Source: an uncultured Candidatus Micrarchaeota archaeon (GTDB lineage: Archaea; Micrarchaeota; Micrarchaeia; Anstonellales; Bilamarchaeaceae). From it: a DNA stretch of 64,000 nt. The position numbers and the translations under genes are program-made. The notes beneath the pieces were generated by a model. That model did not search any database. It saw nothing but the letters and a program-made list of their open reading frames with translations, and was not told the origin of the DNA. The stretch lies in NCBI GenBank assembly GCA_963714085.1, contig OY970229.1, positions 632,392-696,391 on the forward strand. Direction: 5' to 3'. Of this stretch, positions 53,955 through 63,000 are shown one piece after another (within the stretch, counting starts at the first letter, position 1; each line of letters opens with the position of its first letter).

Positions 53955-54107
53955 ATGGCGAAGAAACAGAAGAAAGCCTCCCGTGTGGTGAAGAAAGCGA
54001 AGCCTGGCCCGAACAGGAAGGGCGGGAGGAGCGCGAGCGGGAAGGACAAGCACTCCAAGGTCAGGAAGCTCATCGCGCTCGCGAAGAAGATGCTGCGCAG
54101 GAAGTAA
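53955..54107 (+). CDS. Small (50 aa) highly basic protein; not in the ORF track because it is under 60 aa
   Basis: Manual translation MAKKQKKASRVVKKAKPGPNRKGGRSASGKDKHSKVRKLIALAKKMLRRK. Lies 36 nt upstream of the next gene on the same strand. Confidence 0.35.
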   Translation: MAKKQKKASRVVKKAKPGPNRKGGRSASGKDKHSKVRKLIALAKKMLRRK

Positions 54108-54143
54108 AGCAAGCTATTTATTAGTGCGCTCCGAATCCCGAAC

Positions 54144-55067
54144 ATGCAGACCAGGGTCCGACGCATAGTGAGTGACATAAAAGCGCTCAAGATACAGGGC
54201 GCGAGGAATGTCGCCAGGTCAGCCATAGGCGCGCTGATCATCGAAGCCGATGGGTCCAAGGCGAAGAGCCCCGCGGCGCTGGTGCGCGAGATAAGGCTCG
54301 CCGGAGACGCGCTCGCGGCTTCGAGGCCCACCGAGCCCATGATGAGGAACGCGATCGAGGATGCGAACCGGTACCTCGCAGGGGAAGCGAAGAAGAAACA
54401 GGCCATCGGACGGCTCAAAAGCTCGTTCGCCGCGCGGGAGAACGCACAGCTCGAGCGCATGGTCAGGGAATTCGAGAAGCTCACCGAGTACGGCGCGGGG
54501 CTAATCCCGGACAACGCGGTCGTGCTCACCCACTGCCACTCCTCCACCGTGACCGGGATACTCAAAAGGGCCAAGATGAATAGGACGAGGTTCAGCGTCG
54601 TCGCATGCGAGACCAGGCCCAGGTGGCAGGGAAGGATAACCGCGACCGAGCTCGCCAAGGCTGGCATAGACGTGACGCTCGTGGTGGACGGGGCGGCGAA
54701 CATGATGATGAAGAAGGCGGACCTCTGCCTGGTGGGCGCGGATTCCATCACATCCAAGGGCGACCTGATAAACAAGGTCGGGACCAGCATGATAGCGCAC
54801 CTGGCGAGGATGCACGATGTGTCGTTCTTCTCGGCGGCCGAGCTCTCGAAGTTCAGCCGCTTCACCATGTACGGCGCGCGGGAGCAGATAGAGGAGAGGG
54901 ACCGCGCCGAGGTCTGGGACATGCCCGCCCGCGGGGTGAGGATAAGGAACCCTGCCTTCGACGTCACCGCTTCGTCCTACATAAGCGGATACGTGACCGA
55001 ACTGGGCGTGATACCGGCCCAGTCGTTTTTCAATGTTGCTGCGCAGAAGCTCGGAATAGACATATGA
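54144..55067 (+). CDS. Ribose-1,5-bisphosphate isomerase (eIF-2B alpha/beta/delta-like family)
   Basis: IKALKIQGARNVA...VLTHCHSSTV...ETRPRWQGR...TLVVDGAA...VGADSI...GDLINKVGT...NPAFDVT. Adjacent to AMP phosphorylase. Confidence 0.75.
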   Translation: MQTRVRRIVSDIKALKIQGARNVARSAIGALIIEADGSKAKSPAALVREIRLAGDALAASRPTEPMMRNAIEDANRYLAGEAKKKQAIGRLKSSFAARENAQLERMVREFEKLTEYGAGLIPDNAVVLTHCHSSTVTGILKRAKMNRTRFSVVACETRPRWQGRITATELAKAGIDVTLVVDGAANMMMKKADLCLVGADSITSKGDLINKVGTSMIAHLARMHDVSFFSAAELSKFSRFTMYGAREQIEERDRAEVWDMPARGVRIRNPAFDVTASSYISGYVTELGVIPAQSFFNVAAQKLGIDI

Positions 55068-55076
55068 GGTGTTCAC

Positions 55077-56687
55077 ATGGCGAAGAAAGACGAAAAGGAA
55101 GACGAGAAAGAGCCCATGTTCGTGGAGAAGGAGATGAAGAAGGTTGATGTGTGGAGGTACAAGAAGTACATCTGCAGGGCAAGGATAGTGAACATACTCA
55201 CCACCATGAACATCATAGTGCTCAACACCGCGGAGGCCAAGCAGCACGACATCTACGGCGGCTACCGCACCGAGATGCACTTCGGGGGCAAGAACGTCAT
55301 CGCCATAGTGGATGTGAGCGACGCGCTGGTGAAGCCCGGCGAGGTGGGCGTGTACAAGGACATCGCCGACGCCTACGGCTTGAAGGACGGCGAAAGCGTG
55401 GAGATAGTCCACATGGACAGGCCCGCGTCCATAGAGTACATCAAGAAGAAGCTCGACAACGGGACCCTCTCCACCGACCAGATAAGGACCGTGGTGCAGG
55501 AAGTGATGGACGGCAAGCTGAACGACGTAGAGACATCGGCCTGGATAACCGGCACCTACGTGAACGGGCTGGCGGACAGCGAGATAATCGCCCTCACCAA
55601 CGCGACGGTGGAATCCGGCGAATCGCTGGACCTGGGCGTCAAGCCGGTGCTGGATAAGCATTGTATCGGAGGAGTCGCCGGGAACCGGACCACCATGATA
55701 CTCGTCCCCATAATCGCCGCGGCAGGGCTTTACATACCGAAGACCTCGAGCAGGTCCATAACCTCGGCATCCGGCACCGCGGACACCATGGAGGTTCTCT
55801 GCGACGTTGACTTCAAGATAGAGGAGATGAAGACCATCGTGCTCAAGGCCAAGGGCGCGGTGGTGTGGGGCGGAGGCATGAACCTGGCTCCTGTCGACGA
55901 CAAGCTCATCAAGATAAGGCACCCCCTGAGCCTGGACCCGGAAGGCATGCTCCTGGCGTCCATACTGGGCAAGAAGAAGTCCGTGGGCGCGCAGTACATC
56001 GTGATTGACATACCGGTCGGCCGCGGGGTCAAGGTGCCCTATGTCGAGAAGGCGCGGGACCTGGCTAAGCACTTCCTCACGATAGGCAAGTCTCTCAACA
56101 TGGGCATCGAGGCGCTGATAACTGACGGCGCCGAGCCCGTGGGCAATGGCATAGGGCCGGCGCTCGAATGCCGGGACGTGCTCCAGGTGCTCGAAGGCGG
56201 CGGACCTGAGGACCTGCGGCACAAGTCCCTGCTCATGTCAGGCAAGCTCATGGAGCTCTGCGGCAAGGTGGAGAAGGACGGGGGCTATGCGGCTGCGGAG
56301 AATCTCCTCAAATCAGGCAAGGCGCTCGCCAAGATGAAGGAGATAATCGAGCTCCAGGGCGGGGACCCGAAGGTGAAATCCTCGGACATGCCCATCGGCC
56401 AGTACAAGTTCACGGTCAAGGCCGAGCAGGGAGGCAGCATATTCCACATCGACAACCATACGATGTCCAAGATAGCCAGGATAGCGGGCGCGCCCAGGGA
56501 CCAGGGCGCTGGCATAGACCTCTACAAGCTCAGGGGCGACCGGATAAACACCGGGGACGACCTGTTCACCATCTACGCGGAGAGCGAGACCGCCCTGGAT
56601 TTCACGCTCAAGGCCCTGGAGGAGCTGGAACCCATCGAGATGCGCAAGATGCTGCTGGGCACCATGGGAGGCGGGGGCGGCCAGTGA
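55077..56687 (+). CDS. AMP phosphorylase (thymidine phosphorylase family with an archaeal N-terminal extension)
   Basis: About 536 aa. N-terminal domain typical of archaeal AMPpase, then DKHCIGGVAGNRTT...SSRSITSASGTADTME and GPALECRDVLQVL. Confidence 0.8.
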   Translation: MAKKDEKEDEKEPMFVEKEMKKVDVWRYKKYICRARIVNILTTMNIIVLNTAEAKQHDIYGGYRTEMHFGGKNVIAIVDVSDALVKPGEVGVYKDIADAYGLKDGESVEIVHMDRPASIEYIKKKLDNGTLSTDQIRTVVQEVMDGKLNDVETSAWITGTYVNGLADSEIIALTNATVESGESLDLGVKPVLDKHCIGGVAGNRTTMILVPIIAAAGLYIPKTSSRSITSASGTADTMEVLCDVDFKIEEMKTIVLKAKGAVVWGGGMNLAPVDDKLIKIRHPLSLDPEGMLLASILGKKKSVGAQYIVIDIPVGRGVKVPYVEKARDLAKHFLTIGKSLNMGIEALITDGAEPVGNGIGPALECRDVLQVLEGGGPEDLRHKSLLMSGKLMELCGKVEKDGGYAAAENLLKSGKALAKMKEIIELQGGDPKVKSSDMPIGQYKFTVKAEQGGSIFHIDNHTMSKIARIAGAPRDQGAGIDLYKLRGDRINTGDDLFTIYAESETALDFTLKALEELEPIEMRKMLLGTMGGGGGQ

Positions 56688-56731
56688 GGCGCGAGATTTA
56701 TAAGGACTTCTCAGCACTTTCATGTTCCATC

Positions 56732-56852
56732 CCCGCCTTAGCTCAATGGTAGAGCGGTCGGCTGTAGCTTGGTCCGGCTCCTTTTTGGAGCTTCACTACT
56801 GTAATCAGCAGTAGATACCGACAGGTTGCTTGTTCAAGTCAGGCAGGCGGGA
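56732..56852 (+). tRNA. tRNA-Tyr (anticodon GTA, 56764-56766) with a 49-nt intron at the canonical 37/38 position
   Basis: Acceptor CCCGCCT/AGGCGGG. D arm GCTC-AATGGTA-GAGC. Anticodon stem GTCGG/CCGAC. T arm GCTTG-TTCAAGT-CAGGC. Discriminator A. Intron about 56768-56816. Confidence 0.8.
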
Positions 56853-56908
56853 TCGCACTCCTCCAGCACCATTTTTAACCTTTCAAATGGAATTTGAGCT
56901 GATAAAGC

Positions 56909-57871
56909 ATGATTGACATAGTATACTTCCCGGGTCTCGTACTGATGCTGGCCATGTCGGCCTTCTTCGCGCTGGCAGAGGTCGGGATAATCGGGATACC
57001 CTACCCGAAAGTCCACAGGTTCGCCAAGGAGGGCAGATGGGGGGCCGAGAGCCTGCGCAGGCTGAAACAGAACCTGAGGAGCACCATAATCACCATAATC
57101 ATAGGGAACAACATCGTGAACATCGTGCTATCGTCCATATCCACCCTGCTGGCCATAGAGGCCTTCGGCTCCGTGGGCGTGGGGCTGGCAATAGGGGTGA
57201 TATCCCTGCTGGTGCTGACCTTCGGGGAGGTTTTCCCCAAGACCTTCGCCACTACCCACATGGAGAAGGCGGCGCTCTATTCCGCCCCGCTGATCGAGAT
57301 CTTGTCGTTCGTCCTCTCGCCGTTCGTGCTCATGTTCAGGGCCGTGCCAGACGTGATATTCCGCACCTCCAAGGAGCACAGCAGGGTGATGGTCACCGAA
57401 AAGGAGATACACGACCTCATGGAGCTGGGCATGGACGAGAACGTGCTCGAGAAGAACGAGGTGGGCATGATAAAGCGCGTGCTCCTGTTCAACGACATCC
57501 CGGTGAAAAGCATAATAACCCCGATAGAGCGGGTGGCGAAGCTCTCCGAGGACGCCACAGTGGAGGAGGCCATAAAGCAGGTGTCCATCCACGACTACAC
57601 CAGGTATCCGATAGTCGATGCCTCGGGGAGGATAACCGGCAGCCTGAGGGTGAAGAACCTCTTCCACCACGCCTACGACGGCAGGAACAAGAAAATCGCG
57701 GAGCTGGCGGACAAACCGCTGTTCATGGACGGGGAGATAATGATAGACGACGCCTTCGGTCTCATGAAGAAGGAGCACGCCCACATAGCCTACATCACCG
57801 ACCCTGCAGGCAAGGTGACAGGCATAGCGACTACGGAAGACGTGCTCGAGGAGATAGTCGGCGAGTTCTAG
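56909..57871 (+). CDS. CNNM/CorC-HlyC family transporter (DUF21 + CBS pair)
   Basis: N-terminal four-TM DUF21 region (GEVFPKTFA), followed by two CBS-like segments. Confidence 0.8.
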   Translation: MIDIVYFPGLVLMLAMSAFFALAEVGIIGIPYPKVHRFAKEGRWGAESLRRLKQNLRSTIITIIIGNNIVNIVLSSISTLLAIEAFGSVGVGLAIGVISLLVLTFGEVFPKTFATTHMEKAALYSAPLIEILSFVLSPFVLMFRAVPDVIFRTSKEHSRVMVTEKEIHDLMELGMDENVLEKNEVGMIKRVLLFNDIPVKSIITPIERVAKLSEDATVEEAIKQVSIHDYTRYPIVDASGRITGSLRVKNLFHHAYDGRNKKIAELADKPLFMDGEIMIDDAFGLMKKEHAHIAYITDPAGKVTGIATTEDVLEEIVGEF

Positions 57872-58449
57872 GTCTTTTTCTCGACTATATAACTGACTTC
57901 GAGCAGCTCGCCTCTCGCCTGCTCTATCTGCATGCGGGCCACGTCCTGCTTGTGCCGGAAATCCGGCAGCACCGCGTTCGAGAAGCGCAGCGGCAGGAGT
58001 TCGTCGTAGACCTGCTCCATCATCGCGAAGTAGTACTTCGCCTCGTGGCGGTTCCCGCGCCGCAGCGACTCGTACATCTCGCGCTTGAGCTCGCCTATCG
58101 CGTCCAGCAGGCCGTTCAGATAGGGTATCTCGCCGACGTCCAGCTCGCCGTAGGACGGGATCTTCTTCTTCTCTATGGCGGACAGCACGATCCTCGCCTC
58201 CGCGTATTCCTGGAGTATGTGGTTGAGCTGGCCGGGGAAGGACACTGATAATGCACGGATCTCCTTGAGGTCCTTCTCCGCATCCTTGAGATGCGCCCTA
58301 GCTGTCTTCAGGTCGTAGGCGTGGAGCGCCTTTATGGCGTTGGAGCAGTCCCTCACGATCTGCCTGCTGCCGGTCATTACGCTGTCCAGCTGCTCCTCTT
58401 TCTTCCGGAGTGATTTGTCTATCGTTTCTATACCGAGATGTAATGGCAT
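57868..58449 (-). CDS. Translin-family protein
   Basis: QEYAEARIVLSAI...IPYLNGLLDAIGELKREMYESLRRGN: translin signature. Start at the internal ATG (comp. 58447-58449). Confidence 0.7.
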   Translation of the reverse strand: MPLHLGIETIDKSLRKKEEQLDSVMTGSRQIVRDCSNAIKALHAYDLKTARAHLKDAEKDLKEIRALSVSFPGQLNHILQEYAEARIVLSAIEKKKIPSYGELDVGEIPYLNGLLDAIGELKREMYESLRRGNRHEAKYYFAMMEQVYDELLPLRFSNAVLPDFRHKQDVARMQIEQARGELLEVSYIVEKKT

Positions 58450-58508
58450 GTATGCACCGAAGAGAATAGGAAAAGAGCATTTATATCCTTTCTCAAGTAA
58501 AGAGACTT

Positions 58509-58976
58509 GTGTTCGATAATCCAAAAAGTTTTGTGAAGCAGATAGCCATCTTCATAGACAAAAAGGACAGCAAGAGAGCGTATGAGACCTCAAAGGAAAT
58601 GGCAGCGGCGTTTCCACGCATGATGATATCGCATTTCCTGCTGGCCAAATCAGCTTTCGCACTGGAATTGTACGGAGAATCATTTTCAGAGGCCGGCAAG
58701 GCGCTCAATCTGGCTACTGAAAAAGAAGACAGGATATCTTCAGCCATTATCGCTTCTGCCGCCCTATTCATGCTCGGGAGATACTCCGATGGCTATGAAC
58801 TGCTCAAACGTTTCGAAGACGCAAACAACGAACGCATCGAGAAGCTGCTTATAGCGTTTTCAGCTACGCTTGGAGAAGAATCAGCGAGTTTCAAACATGC
58901 GAAAACGCTTATAAGGCTGAACCGTTTTGCTGCTCAAAAGCTGATTTCCCGTTTTCTCGGAAAAGAGGGCGACTGA
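58509..58976 (+). CDS. Hypothetical helical (TPR-like) protein
   Basis: 155 aa from a GTG start. All-helical appearance. Lower-GC segment. Confidence 0.4.
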   Translation: MFDNPKSFVKQIAIFIDKKDSKRAYETSKEMAAAFPRMMISHFLLAKSAFALELYGESFSEAGKALNLATEKEDRISSAIIASAALFMLGRYSDGYELLKRFEDANNERIEKLLIAFSATLGEESASFKHAKTLIRLNRFAAQKLISRFLGKEGD

Positions 58977-58997
58977 AGCCGCAGTTTGGGAAGACGC

Positions 58998-59918
58998 CTA
59001 TTCTTCGATGAAAGAATCGACTGCCTGCGTTATCCTCCGCATTGCCGCGGCACTGACATACATATCTATTTGCCCGGTTGCGAGCCTGTTGATTCTAGCG
59101 AGGTATTTTTTCGCGTCCTCCGGATTCGTATATCCTATTCTTCCGGTCTTGTATTCCGTACATCCGGCGCAATCGTATCTCTTCCCAAATTTATTGAAGC
59201 TGTTGTCTACGCGGAATTCTTTGCCGCCGATGCTCACCACGGTTTCCACATGGTCGCTCCCGGTCATGATTATCCTGCCATGCAGCCCCGAATAGAGCAG
59301 CAGCCGCCTGTATACCATCTCGAGCTCGTCGCAGTCCCCGAATGAGAATATCCTCACGGTTTTCGGCCCTTGACCATCCTGATCAGAGATGGCCATGACA
59401 TAGCTTGCTTTTTCTGAGAACATGTCCCGCGTCATCTTGCCCGGATACCGTTGGCTCGCATCGGCACCTATCTTGGTTGTCCCTTTTTTTGCGACCTTGG
59501 CTAGCCGGCTGTCACGCTCTTCTACGATCACATAATGATTATCAAGAATGCCCCTGTGCTTCACCATCTCATGGAGCAGCCTGGCGGTCGCGTATTCTCT
59601 CTTAACCGAGCTGTCATCTGGGTTCAGGTCGTTTTCCTGGCAAAAAGCTTCGAATTCGCCTCTCCTACGTTCCAGATAGGCTTTCGCCTTGCTGGACAGG
59701 AGGCGGCTGACGAATCCAGACACGCAATCCCGACACTGTTTAATCTGCGGCCTCGATTCTTCAGCAGACACGCACTGCGCAACCTGCGGTCTCGATCCCT
59801 CAGCAAACACGTCTTTGGAACTGAAAAGGCCGATGCCTACCGCTAAGGCTGTTGCAAGCCGGAATTGTTTGAATCCGGAGCTTGTTACCTGACAGTAGCT
59901 GTTCACGTGCGCCATCAT
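58998..59918 (-). CDS. Transglutaminase-like (Cys-His-Asp) fold protein, paralog 1
   Basis: FSFGDCDELEMVYRRLLLYSGLHGRIIMTGSDHVETVVSIGGKEFRVDNS resembles the transglutaminase-core pattern G-x-C...H...D. Confidence 0.55.
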   Translation of the reverse strand: MMAHVNSYCQVTSSGFKQFRLATALAVGIGLFSSKDVFAEGSRPQVAQCVSAEESRPQIKQCRDCVSGFVSRLLSSKAKAYLERRRGEFEAFCQENDLNPDDSSVKREYATARLLHEMVKHRGILDNHYVIVEERDSRLAKVAKKGTTKIGADASQRYPGKMTRDMFSEKASYVMAISDQDGQGPKTVRIFSFGDCDELEMVYRRLLLYSGLHGRIIMTGSDHVETVVSIGGKEFRVDNSFNKFGKRYDCAGCTEYKTGRIGYTNPEDAKKYLARINRLATGQIDMYVSAAAMRRITQAVDSFIEE

Positions 59919-59966
59919 ATAATAGGTGATACAAACTGTTTAAAAATGTTCGCAATTCGTACGAAG

Positions 59967-61439
59967 TCATGCGATAGCGAAGCGTTTCTTAGCCTCGCTC
60001 ATGGAATACCCGGTTCTCTTCATGTCCATAGCCATGTCCTTGAGGATGCTGATTTTTTGAGCTTCGGTCCTCTCATGGATGGCCGCCTGCAGCTCCTCGA
60101 CATTCTGGCGGTATGGGCCGTCTAGCGACGACGCGACCAGGTCGGTGAGCATGCTTATCGCCCTCGCGGTTCCGCCAGGTTCTTTGAGCAGCTTGGGGAG
60201 CACGTTTTTATCGAGGCGGTACGAGATGCTTACGAAGCTGTTGCCCCAGCGCCTCCGCGACGCTTCGCGCCTCACCAGGGCTTCCTCTGGTGACATTCCG
60301 ACTGCGGTTTTCGCAGCTGCCGTAACCATCTCTTGCTGTGAAGGCGAAATCGAAGGCAGGGAGATGGTCTTTATGACTTTATCCCTGTCTTTATCCGACA
60401 TAGAACGCCATCTTGGCCAGAGCTCAGGCTTCTGCTTTAGCGCGGCTTCGAGCCGCCTGGCAGGGCCGGATTCGTAGTCGTCCTTGAAAATCGAGGCTGG
60501 CGGCTTGCCTTTGGACAGGGCTGAAAGCGCTACATTGACCAGCTTCTTGTCCAGTTCAGACGAGCCTTCCAAATCACGGCGTTCCGTCAGTTCCCTTGCC
60601 AGATTCTTCGGATATTCGATTTCGTAGAGGGATGGCTCCAGGTAAAACCATTTCTCTCCAATCGTAACACCCACGCCGGCATGCGAGGGGCCGCTGAGTC
60701 GGTAGACCATCATATCCATGCCCAAATTGTTTTTATCGCTCATGTAGCGGAGCATCTGGGCCATCATGAGGGACACCTCGTCGCAGTCCCCGAATGTGAG
60801 ATAATCCTGCTTGCTCGCCCCGTCACGATAGCGCGATCCATAGACGACATCCTTCATGAGGAAGCTGAATGCTTTCCCGTGGATGCTGGCGTCGTCACGC
60901 ACAGAAGGAGGGACCTCCCCTACGTTTTTCAAAGTAACGCGTTTATCTGTGTACTTGAAATTCACGCCCATGGATCCGCCATAGCGGCCCATCCTGTAGA
61001 CCATCCATGCCACAGACCATTGCTTGCGCACCTGTTCGTTGTCAGCGAGGCCTCCGCTCTGCTTGAGGAAGAGACTATACTCGTCCTTGTGATTTTCAAA
61101 GAACTGCTTCCAGTTGTCAGCAAAAAGCTGCCCGAAGAATGCTTCGGCGGGTAGGTTGCCAACTTTTCTTGGAACGATGCCTTCTGGCTGGTTTTTCAGG
61201 GCTGCAGAAAGTGCATTTCTCACGGCATCAGGCGTGCCTTTTTTCAGCGCCGCCTCGAGAGTCTTTGCAACCTCGCCGTTGACGCTCGACAGCGCACCGC
61301 CATAGCGCTCTGAATACTGCCTCAGCACGCCTTCGACTTCCTTGCGGGCAGGAGAAGGCACCAGTGTCAGCATCTTCCGTATCGTCGCTTCCTCAGGGCT
61401 CGCTTGCTGCTCTGCCATGGCTATAAATTGGAGCAGCAT
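59967..61439 (-). CDS. Transglutaminase-like (Cys-His-Glu/Asp) fold protein, paralog 2
   Basis: LTFGDCDEVSLMMAQMLRYMS...GPSHAGVGVTIGEKWFYLEPS parallels paralog 1 and the transglutaminase-core pattern. Confidence 0.6.
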   Translation of the reverse strand: MLLQFIAMAEQQASPEEATIRKMLTLVPSPARKEVEGVLRQYSERYGGALSSVNGEVAKTLEAALKKGTPDAVRNALSAALKNQPEGIVPRKVGNLPAEAFFGQLFADNWKQFFENHKDEYSLFLKQSGGLADNEQVRKQWSVAWMVYRMGRYGGSMGVNFKYTDKRVTLKNVGEVPPSVRDDASIHGKAFSFLMKDVVYGSRYRDGASKQDYLTFGDCDEVSLMMAQMLRYMSDKNNLGMDMMVYRLSGPSHAGVGVTIGEKWFYLEPSLYEIEYPKNLARELTERRDLEGSSELDKKLVNVALSALSKGKPPASIFKDDYESGPARRLEAALKQKPELWPRWRSMSDKDRDKVIKTISLPSISPSQQEMVTAAAKTAVGMSPEEALVRREASRRRWGNSFVSISYRLDKNVLPKLLKEPGGTARAISMLTDLVASSLDGPYRQNVEELQAAIHERTEAQKISILKDMAMDMKRTGYSMSEAKKRFAIA

Positions 61440-61481
61440 TGCTTAAAAAGGATAATATGAGAGTAAAGAGCTGGTGCGTGT

Positions 61482-62159
61482 ATGCATGTCGTCCTCTCAA
61501 TAGGCGGAAGCGCGGTGGTGCCTGATGGGAAACCGAATATAAAGTTCCTCAGGGAGCTCGCTGGCGTCATAAGGGCGAGCAAGAACGAGTTCGGCATCGT
61601 CGTCGGCGGAGGGCCGCCCGCGAGGACGTACGCCAACGCGGCGCGCGAACTCGGCGCTGGCGAATTCGACGCGGACCAGATAGCCATAATGTCCACGAAG
61701 CAGAATGCGAAGCTTCTCCTGGCAGCGTTCGGTGACGTGGCTGCGTCGGAGGTCATCCGGAGCTTCGACAAGGCACGGGAGCTGGCCGGCAGGCACAAAG
61801 TCGTGGTCATGGGAGGGACGATTCCCGGCATAACCACGGACACAGATGCCGTGCTCCTTGCAGAGGCCACTGGCGCGAAACGCCTGGTCAACGTATCCAA
61901 CGTCACCGGCATTTATGATAAAGACCCGAAGAAGGATCCGAAGGCGAAGAAGTTCGACACTATGGGCTACGACCAGCTGGTGTCGCTCGCAATGTCCTCG
62001 GACAAGAGGACCGCTGGCATGAACTTCGTGTTCGACCTCCTTGCCTGCAAGCTAATAGCCCGCTCGAAAATAGAGACCCATTTCGTGGGCTGGAAAAGCA
62101 TGGACGACGTGAAGGCAGCGATGGAAGGCAAGAGGCATGGGGGGACCGTGGTAAGGTAG
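61482..62159 (+). CDS. pyrH: Uridylate (UMP) kinase, archaeal type
   Basis: VVLSIGGSAV...VVGGGPPAR...VVVMGGTIPGITTDTDAVLLAE...VSNVTGIYDKDPKK. Confidence 0.9.
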   Translation: MHVVLSIGGSAVVPDGKPNIKFLRELAGVIRASKNEFGIVVGGGPPARTYANAARELGAGEFDADQIAIMSTKQNAKLLLAAFGDVAASEVIRSFDKARELAGRHKVVVMGGTIPGITTDTDAVLLAEATGAKRLVNVSNVTGIYDKDPKKDPKAKKFDTMGYDQLVSLAMSSDKRTAGMNFVFDLLACKLIARSKIETHFVGWKSMDDVKAAMEGKRHGGTVVR

Positions 62160-62383
62160 TCAGAGGACGCAGACGAACAAGGCTTAAAACAATTCCCTTC
62201 AGCATACGGCTTTGACATGCTAAAGGCCATCGAGGGAGTAAAGCACACGGAAGAGCTTGCGCGGCTCTTTTAATACCGGCGCTGGACGACCAGGAAGAGG
62301 CACATCGACGACCTTTACCGGCTGAATAAGAAAACAGTAGAAAGACTCATGGTGCAGTTTATCTGAAAATGATAGTGACTGGA

Positions 62384-62965
62384 TTACTTCTTAGTTGCAG
62401 TTCCGATCAGCCTGTCTGCAAGTCCCTCTGGCTTCTCTTCGGAAAGCACCCAGGTCCTGACTTCCTTGAGCCTTCCCTCGTTCTCAGGCGTGGTTTTCTT
62501 GAACGTGCTGAAAACCTCTTCAACGTAGGCAGGACCGCCGGAAGTTTTGGCGATTGCCCTCATCTCGCTGGCCGTGGTCACTGCCAGACCAAGCACGATC
62601 TGGCGCCTCTGCTCTGCTGTGAACATATGGCCTCCCTTGACCAGGCACTCCAGCTTTCTAGCCACGTGACGCTGTTCTTTCCCTTTGGTTTCATTATCGA
62701 ATACGTAGTTGATGATCCCCATAAGACTCTCTTTGTCTTTATTCTGGATGTCGTCTTCGATGCCCTTGCCCCGGACCATGTCCATCGTGAGCATGGACTT
62801 GTAGAGCTTTTCAACGGTGGACTGGGGCTCCATGAACCTGTCGGTTGCTGGGGTCCTGTCGTGGAAGCCGCGGTTCTCGCTCCCGACGTTGGCCCTGCAT
62901 GGCTGCGCTGCCAGCACCAACGCCAGGGACGAAGCCGCAAGAAGCCTGTAACTAGTAACACGCAT
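62384..62965 (-). CDS. Secreted hypothetical protein
   Basis: 193 aa. Signal peptide LLAASSLALVLAAQPCRA. No family recognised. Lower-GC segment. Confidence 0.5.
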   Translation of the reverse strand: MRVTSYRLLAASSLALVLAAQPCRANVGSENRGFHDRTPATDRFMEPQSTVEKLYKSMLTMDMVRGKGIEDDIQNKDKESLMGIINYVFDNETKGKEQRHVARKLECLVKGGHMFTAEQRRQIVLGLAVTTASEMRAIAKTSGGPAYVEEVFSTFKKTTPENEGRLKEVRTWVLSEEKPEGLADRLIGTATKK

Positions 62966-63000
62966 AACTATGTTTTATAACATAGAATTTAAAAGGCTTG

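Noticed and set aside
54501-56222. 573-aa minus-strand ORF across the R15P isomerase and AMP phosphorylase genes.
   Set aside because: It is antisense to two confidently recognised enzymes. Its composition (R/H/G/V/P/L runs) is not protein-like.
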